Positions 58,761 to 64,000 of a stretch of 64,000 nucleotides of DNA are shown here, in pieces. This DNA comes from Candidatus Latescibacterota bacterium (GTDB lineage Bacteria > Latescibacterota > UBA2968 > UBA8231): the NCBI GenBank assembly GCA_965217585.1, contig OZ244561.1, forward strand, positions 7,072,001-7,136,000, read 5' to 3'. Position numbers and translations under genes: made by a program. Position 1 is the stretch's first letter. Each line of letters opens with the position of its first letter. The notes under the pieces are model-generated. The model was not told the DNA's origin. It saw nothing but the letters and a program-made list of their open reading frames with translations, and searched no databases.

Positions 58761-59969
58761 ATGATAATTGATCTACAGACCTTGCGGGACGCGGTTGGCG
58801 GAACGGCGGCAGCATTTCGGTGTGTGACCGACTATCAGCCGACGGGAGGCCGTGGTGATAAGGTTTTTCCGCCAACCTATGAAGGCGGCAAATACGCCAC
58901 AGAGGAGCGCGTTGATCCCGCTACTGGCGAGGTTCGGCAGTGCATTCTCTTGGATTCAGTGCAGTCGCAGGCCAACCGGATGGAGTTGGCATTGCTGGAG
59001 GCACACTGCGCCGGAACGGTACAGCTTCCTCTGCTAGTAACGCGCTTCGATCAGGAGAAACTGCTCAAGAAGTTCTCGGTGACCAGCTTGGAGGCACCTC
59101 ATCGCATCGCGGATGCGTTGTTCCGCGACAGCCTGCTTGAAGGCACGATTTTCCGCAAATCAGAGAAAGGTCGAATACTCGACACTGCGGAGGTGAGGAA
59201 CGCCACCGGCCTATTTGGCTTGTGTCCGACCGCACTGATATTTGGGCTGTGGGACTCGACTGGACCGCGTGGAGGCTTGGGGTGCAAGTTTCAGCGGGCG
59301 GTAGTGTCGGAGATTATGGGATATGATGCGGTGGCAGGGGAGAAAACAGGAAGCCGCATCGATCCCGCTCAGATCATGCTTGGAGCGGGTCCGTTATACG
59401 AGCGCAAGTCTTCAGATGATGATGTACCTGATTGGACCTTGGATGAAAAAGCGGGATCTAAAAAGTTGGGGAAGGACAAGAAAGGAAGGCCATCGGAAGC
59501 CAATCACGGAAACGTCACGCCAACTATTACGGAAGGCGGATTCACCATCTCCAGTGCCCGGCAAACGACAACCTTGTCTCTGGCCGTCTTGCGCCGTCTC
59601 CGTTTTCCCCACAACGGTGCCGCTGATTCTAACCACGATACCGACCTCGCGGCACGCACCGCACTGGCCGCCTTGGGCCTCACCGCCGGTATTCTAGCGA
59701 GGATCGATACGGACCTTCGCTCTCGTTGCCAGCTTTTCGCTGAACAAGAACCTGTGTGGGAACTGCTCGACCGCCCAGGAGAACCTCCACGGAAATTTGA
59801 ACTTAGTCCCGAAGATGCGCTGAAACTGTTGGCAGCGGCCATTACCGAGGCGAAAAACGCGGGACTACCGTGGGAGGACGAAATTGAGTTGACCCCATCG
59901 CCCGAACTTGTCGAACTGGTTCGGCGTAGCCAGGAATTGGCCAGCACATCGGGAGAAGGGGAAGACTGA
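58761..59969 (+). CDS. cas7: Type I-G CRISPR Cas7 (Csb1)
   Basis: 'KVFPPTY', 'LLDSVQSQANRME', 'PHRIADA', 'PTALIFGLWDS', 'LRSRC'. Confidence 0.93.
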   Translation: MIIDLQTLRDAVGGTAAAFRCVTDYQPTGGRGDKVFPPTYEGGKYATEERVDPATGEVRQCILLDSVQSQANRMELALLEAHCAGTVQLPLLVTRFDQEKLLKKFSVTSLEAPHRIADALFRDSLLEGTIFRKSEKGRILDTAEVRNATGLFGLCPTALIFGLWDSTGPRGGLGCKFQRAVVSEIMGYDAVAGEKTGSRIDPAQIMLGAGPLYERKSSDDDVPDWTLDEKAGSKKLGKDKKGRPSEANHGNVTPTITEGGFTISSARQTTTLSLAVLRRLRFPHNGAADSNHDTDLAARTALAALGLTAGILARIDTDLRSRCQLFAEQEPVWELLDRPGEPPRKFELSPEDALKLLAAAITEAKNAGLPWEDEIELTPSPELVELVRRSQELASTSGEGED

Positions 59970-62329
59970 TGTTCTCTCTTGGCATCCATTACCTGAATGG
60001 ATGGTCCATGGCAGCGGCGGACGGGGCGCGAAAAGAGCAGGCCGAATGGCCACCGCATCCCGATCGGGTGTTCATGGCGTTGGCGGCAGCTTGGTTCGAG
60101 ACCGGCGAAGATCCCGCCGAAGGCGAGGCCCTGCGCTGGCTTGAAGCCTTGCCACCCCCTGCGATTGCCGCCTCGGATGCGGACAGTCGCGTCACTGTTG
60201 TTAGCTATGTGCCCGTCAACGACGCGAACCTTAGTAGCAAGGTGCCTACTAGCGGAGACTTGAACAAACTAAAGAATGCCGGACTGGCCCAGCTTCCAGA
60301 GCATAGATCGCGCCAACCCCGTGGTTTCCCAGTTGCCATCCCCCATGATCCGACGGTACATCTAATTTGGCCGGATGCCGAATTGGGCGTACATCGCGTC
60401 GCCTTAGAACGGCTGGCCGCCAAAGTTACTCATGTGGGTCATTCGGCCTCCTTTGTGCAAATGTGGCTGGAAGCCAAGCCGCCGCCGCCCGCGTGGATTC
60501 CGACGTTTGGCGTCGCCCGTCAGCGACTGCGCGTAGCGAGCCCTGGGCGCTTGAAGGTGTTGGAAACGCGCATGAACCGCGCCGCATGGATCGCCTACCA
60601 CGATCTTCGCAGCGAGATTGAGCAAGCTGAGGCGGACCTCAAGGCGATGAAGCAACCGCCAAGGGTGCCTTGGAAGGCATTCGCGGATGTGGTGCTACTG
60701 GCCAGTGAATCTGCGGTCAAGCAGCATCCAGATTATCCCGGTGCCAAGACGGGTGACATCGTGGTCGCGACGAAACTAGTCAACAGCTTGGTTGACGAAG
60801 CGGGGATCGCCGCGATGCGGGAACTGATCGCCGAGGTTAGTGAAAGCGGCGATCCTGTACTAGTCAGCGCACATGCCTACGAACGCCAAAGCGTCAATGC
60901 CATTCCGATTGCCTTGGCGAAGTTGCTGAGCGAGCGACTCGGGATCCAGTTCGAGACTAATATCGTGCAGACCAATGTCGTTTCCCACACGGGTGCGGAC
61001 GGTTATGGCCGCCTTGCCCGCCAAGCTCGCTTTGAAGGCGGCGTTGATAAGGGCCGCGAATACGTGATGGTTGATGATTTCGTCGGTCAGGGCGGTACGT
61101 TGGCGAATCTGCGTGGCTGGATCCAAAAACAGGGCGGCAAGGTCGTCGGTGCCGTTGTGCTGACCGGCAAGCCGTACTCCGCTAAATTAAATCCTTCACA
61201 GGAGCAACTGCATGAACTCCGACAAAAACACGGATCAGACTTCGAGAGATGGTGGAAGGAACACTTCGGACACCCCTTCTCTTGCCTCACTCAATCAGAA
61301 GCTCGGTACCTCGCCCGCTCCCCGGATGTTGACACCATCCGAAATCGTCTTGCTGCGGCAAAGCAAGAAGGAAATGGCCCAAGTTGCACACGAAGTCCTC
61401 GCGAGCAAAGACAATACATAAAGGAAATGAAAGCGCGTTTGGAAGACTGTTTCCCCGATGGGAAGAAACCCGTGAGTCTGCCTCCGGTGCCGGGCCGTTG
61501 GCAGGGATACGATAGACCCCCGAAAGACAAGGCCCCCGAAGCTCCCGGCTCGGTTTTCGACCCTCAGCTCATTGTCCTCGGCATCAAAGGCAAGCGCGTG
61601 TCCTTGCCGGCGACGCTCAAGCTCACGGCGGCCCTGCGCAGCTTATTGATGAAAGAGTGTCCCGAACAACCGCCGCCCGAGTGGTTCAGTGGACATCGCT
61701 TGGACGGTACGCCCACCGCCGAACCGCATCTGGCTTTGACTCCGCTCCCCTTCGTCGGCGCAGAACATGCAGATGGTCGCATTATGGGTTTGGCTCTGGT
61801 TCTGCCGACGGGTTTGGATCAGCAGGAGGAGGCCGGGCATTGTCTCGAACCGTTCCTGCGCGACATAGCTACCGGATTGCCGCGTGAACATCCTTTGTTC
61901 GATGGCCAGTGGTTCGAGTGCGCTATTGAACTGGAAACCCGCGAACGCCCGCCGAAAAACCTTGACCCGGATACTTGGACACGGGAATCGCGCATTTGGG
62001 CGAGTGTGACCCCGGTGGTCCTGAACCGACATTTCGATGGTAAGGACAAGTGGGAGCGGGCGGCTGAGAGCGTGAAAGATGCATGTCTGCACATTGGTCT
62101 GCCGCGCCCACGCGAGGTGTTGCTGCACCCGGTTTCGCTGGTTGAGGGCGTCCCCCATGCGAGGGAGTATCCGCAACTGATGCGTAAGAACGGTGGGCGA
62201 CGGAGCCATAATCACGCGGTGATCGTCTTTGATGAGCCGGTGCGCGGGCCGGTGCTCGTGGGGGCAGGTCGCTTCCGGGGATATGGGTTGTGCCGCCCGA
62301 TGGATGGAAAAGGTGAAGATCGTGACTGA
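59969..62329 (+). CDS. csb2: Type I-G Csb2 (Cas5/Cas6 fusion) with inserted phosphoribosyltransferase-like domain
   Basis: N-terminal 'EWPPHPDRVFMALAA', C-terminal Cas6 G-loop 'GPVLVGAGRFRGYGLC'. Internal 'YVMVDDFVGQGGTL' PRPP-binding motif at 61061-61102. 786 aa. Confidence 0.9.
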   Translation: MFSLGIHYLNGWSMAAADGARKEQAEWPPHPDRVFMALAAAWFETGEDPAEGEALRWLEALPPPAIAASDADSRVTVVSYVPVNDANLSSKVPTSGDLNKLKNAGLAQLPEHRSRQPRGFPVAIPHDPTVHLIWPDAELGVHRVALERLAAKVTHVGHSASFVQMWLEAKPPPPAWIPTFGVARQRLRVASPGRLKVLETRMNRAAWIAYHDLRSEIEQAEADLKAMKQPPRVPWKAFADVVLLASESAVKQHPDYPGAKTGDIVVATKLVNSLVDEAGIAAMRELIAEVSESGDPVLVSAHAYERQSVNAIPIALAKLLSERLGIQFETNIVQTNVVSHTGADGYGRLARQARFEGGVDKGREYVMVDDFVGQGGTLANLRGWIQKQGGKVVGAVVLTGKPYSAKLNPSQEQLHELRQKHGSDFERWWKEHFGHPFSCLTQSEARYLARSPDVDTIRNRLAAAKQEGNGPSCTRSPREQRQYIKEMKARLEDCFPDGKKPVSLPPVPGRWQGYDRPPKDKAPEAPGSVFDPQLIVLGIKGKRVSLPATLKLTAALRSLLMKECPEQPPPEWFSGHRLDGTPTAEPHLALTPLPFVGAEHADGRIMGLALVLPTGLDQQEEAGHCLEPFLRDIATGLPREHPLFDGQWFECAIELETRERPPKNLDPDTWTRESRIWASVTPVVLNRHFDGKDKWERAAESVKDACLHIGLPRPREVLLHPVSLVEGVPHAREYPQLMRKNGGRRSHNHAVIVFDEPVRGPVLVGAGRFRGYGLCRPMDGKGEDRD
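61212..61421 (+). CDS. Nested out-of-frame small protein (69 aa) inside csb2
   Basis: AGGAG (61200-61204) lies 7 nt before the ATG. Homologous to 57940-58143 with mostly synonymous changes in this frame. Confidence 0.7.
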   Translation: MNSDKNTDQTSRDGGRNTSDTPSLASLNQKLGTSPAPRMLTPSEIVLLRQSKKEMAQVAHEVLASKDNT

Positions 62330-64000
62330 GTTGAACGACGCTACGGACTTCGCTGAGTTTTTCAACGAGTTGTGGGGCCATAAGCCTTTTGCTTGGCAGC
62401 AGGAATTGGCGGATAGAGTGCTGAAGCGGGCAGAGGCTCCTTGGCCCGAAGCCATTGCCTTGCCGACAGCAGCAGGCAAGACCGCGTCCTTGGATATCGC
62501 CGTGTTCGCGTTGGCAGCCCAAGCATCTCGGTTGGCTCGGAAGCAAGCCATCACTGCACCGCGTCGCATCTTCTTCGTGGTGGACCGGCGCGTGATAGTG
62601 GACCAAGCATATGAGCGGGCACGCCTGTTAGCAGACCATCTTGAGAAAGCGCAGGACGGCGTTATCAAGCGCGTTGCGGACAACCTGCGCCAGATTGCTC
62701 ACGGCGAGGCGGACGGGTTTGAGAAGGCACGGCCGTTGGCCGCTTATGTATTGCGCGGTGGCATGTATCGGTCGGAGGCTTGGATGAATAGCCCGCTTCA
62801 ACCCATGGTGGTGGCCTCGACCGTCGATCAAATCGGCTCTCGCTTGTTATTTCGCGGCTATGGACGCGGCCATCGCACGTGGCCGATAGCTGCGGGATTG
62901 GTCGCCAACGACAGCCTAATCCTACTCGACGAGGCGCAGTGCGCCCAGCCGTTCTTACAAACCCTGCAAGCGGTGCGGCGCTATCAAAAATGGGGGCATA
63001 CGCCGCTTGAACGTCCCTTTTACCCGGTGGTGATGTCGGCGACCCCGCCGTCGGGGGTGGACCTATTCGAGGACCTATCCGCCGAAAGCCGCAATCCTGA
63101 CCATACGCTAGGTAAGCGCCAACTAGCACAAAAGCCCGCCATCCTGAAGACAGTCGGAAAAGCCAAGGGAAAGCGGGCTACGAGTGTGCTGGCTAGGGCT
63201 TTGGCCGATGCTGCATCGGAGCTGGTCAACGACGAATGCCGCGCTATCGTGGTGTTCGTCAACCGCGTTGCCACGGCGAGGGAGACTTATTGCTTGCTCC
63301 ACAGTCGGGAAGACATTGACGCTGTACTGCTAACAGGTCGGATGCGCCCCGTTGACAAAGAGGTCGTCGTACAACGCTTAAAACCCCTCCGGTCGAGCCA
63401 ATCCGCAGAACGCACTTTGGAAAAGCCGATGATCGTCGTGGCTACCCAAACTCTGGAAGTGGGGGCCGATCTCGACTTTGACGGCTTGGTGACCGAGTGC
63501 GCGAGTCTCGATGCCTTGCGCCAGCGCTTTGGTCGATTGAATCGCATGGGGCGGAAGATTGATGCGCGAGCAGAGATTCTCGTACGCGGCGACCAAACAG
63601 GCGACAAAGGGGACGACCCCGTGTACGGCGAGGCCCTTACTAAGACTTGGGCTTGGCTCAACGAGTGCCAAGACGAAAACGGCGAGGTCGATTTCGGGAT
63701 TGCCCATCTTGAAGAGAAATTGCCAAAGGGCGATTCCCTGACTGCACTCAACGCACCTTCCGTCAATGCCCCGGTGATGCTTCCTGCCCATGTTGATTGC
63801 TGGGCACAGACAGCACCGCAACCACAACCTTCTCCTGATGTGGCTCCGTTTCTGCATGGTCCTCGTGAAGGCGCGGCGGATGTGCAGGTCTGCTGGCGTG
63901 CTGATGTGGATTTGACCCGTGAAAAGGAGACGTTGGAACTTCTGTCCTTGTGCCCGCCGAGCAGCAGTGAGACGCTCCCGGTGCCGGTCGGTGTGTTCAA
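62322..64000 (+). CDS. cas3: Type I-G Cas3 helicase/nuclease, 5' part (runs off window end)
   Basis: Absent from the ORF track. GTG start overlaps the csb2 stop. 'KPFAWQ', 'LPTAAGKT', 'PRRIFFVVDRRVIVDQ', 'LLDEAQ', 'MSATP', 'ATQTLEVGADLD', 'QRFGRLNR'. Confidence 0.93.
   Translation, partial: MTELNDATDFAEFFNELWGHKPFAWQQELADRVLKRAEAPWPEAIALPTAAGKTASLDIAVFALAAQASRLARKQAITAPRRIFFVVDRRVIVDQAYERARLLADHLEKAQDGVIKRVADNLRQIAHGEADGFEKARPLAAYVLRGGMYRSEAWMNSPLQPMVVASTVDQIGSRLLFRGYGRGHRTWPIAAGLVANDSLILLDEAQCAQPFLQTLQAVRRYQKWGHTPLERPFYPVVMSATPPSGVDLFEDLSAESRNPDHTLGKRQLAQKPAILKTVGKAKGKRATSVLARALADAASELVNDECRAIVVFVNRVATARETYCLLHSREDIDAVLLTGRMRPVDKEVVVQRLKPLRSSQSAERTLEKPMIVVATQTLEVGADLDFDGLVTECASLDALRQRFGRLNRMGRKIDARAEILVRGDQTGDKGDDPVYGEALTKTWAWLNECQDENGEVDFGIAHLEEKLPKGDSLTALNAPSVNAPVMLPAHVDCWAQTAPQPQPSPDVAPFLHGPREGAADVQVCWRADVDLTREKETLELLSLCPPSSSETLPVPVGVF

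Noticed and set aside
60647-61421. Csb2 insertion as an intein or IS element
   Set aside because: No Cys/Ser...His-Asn splice motifs, no homing endonuclease or transposase motifs, and no terminal inverted repeats seen.

Overview
GC-rich bacterial chromosomal window. Gene content (sulfatases, PhyH, Gfo/Idh/MocA, FlgD-Ig surface proteins, a C-terminal 'SWGxIK' protein) suggests a Latescibacterota/Poribacteria-like organism (inference). 1-33.2 kb is a co-oriented minus-strand run containing a MoxR/DUF58/BatA-VWA cluster and an envelope cassette (PpiC, ASPIC/UnbV, TPR, three FlgD/'FTPNGDGVND' paralogues, a large putative outer-membrane protein). 33.5-55.7 kb holds catabolic genes interspersed with decayed toxin-antitoxin/defence remnants and a repeat-rich S55 peptidase. 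55.8-64 kb is a defence island: an AAA/PD-(D/E)XK gene and a type I-G CRISPR-Cas operon (cas7-csb2-cas3, cut by the window end). Three linked oddities stand out there. (1) Csb2 carries an in-frame insertion of about 258 aa with a phosphoribosyltransferase motif. (2) A 69-aa gene with its own RBS is nested out of frame in that insertion and has a free-standing paralogue 3.3 kb upstream. (3) A single-spacer mini-array upstream of cas7 has a spacer whose seed matches a TTC-PAM site about 70 bp away in the putative cas promoter region, resembling CreA/CreR-type RNA-guided regulation. All family assignments come from motif recognition, not database searches.
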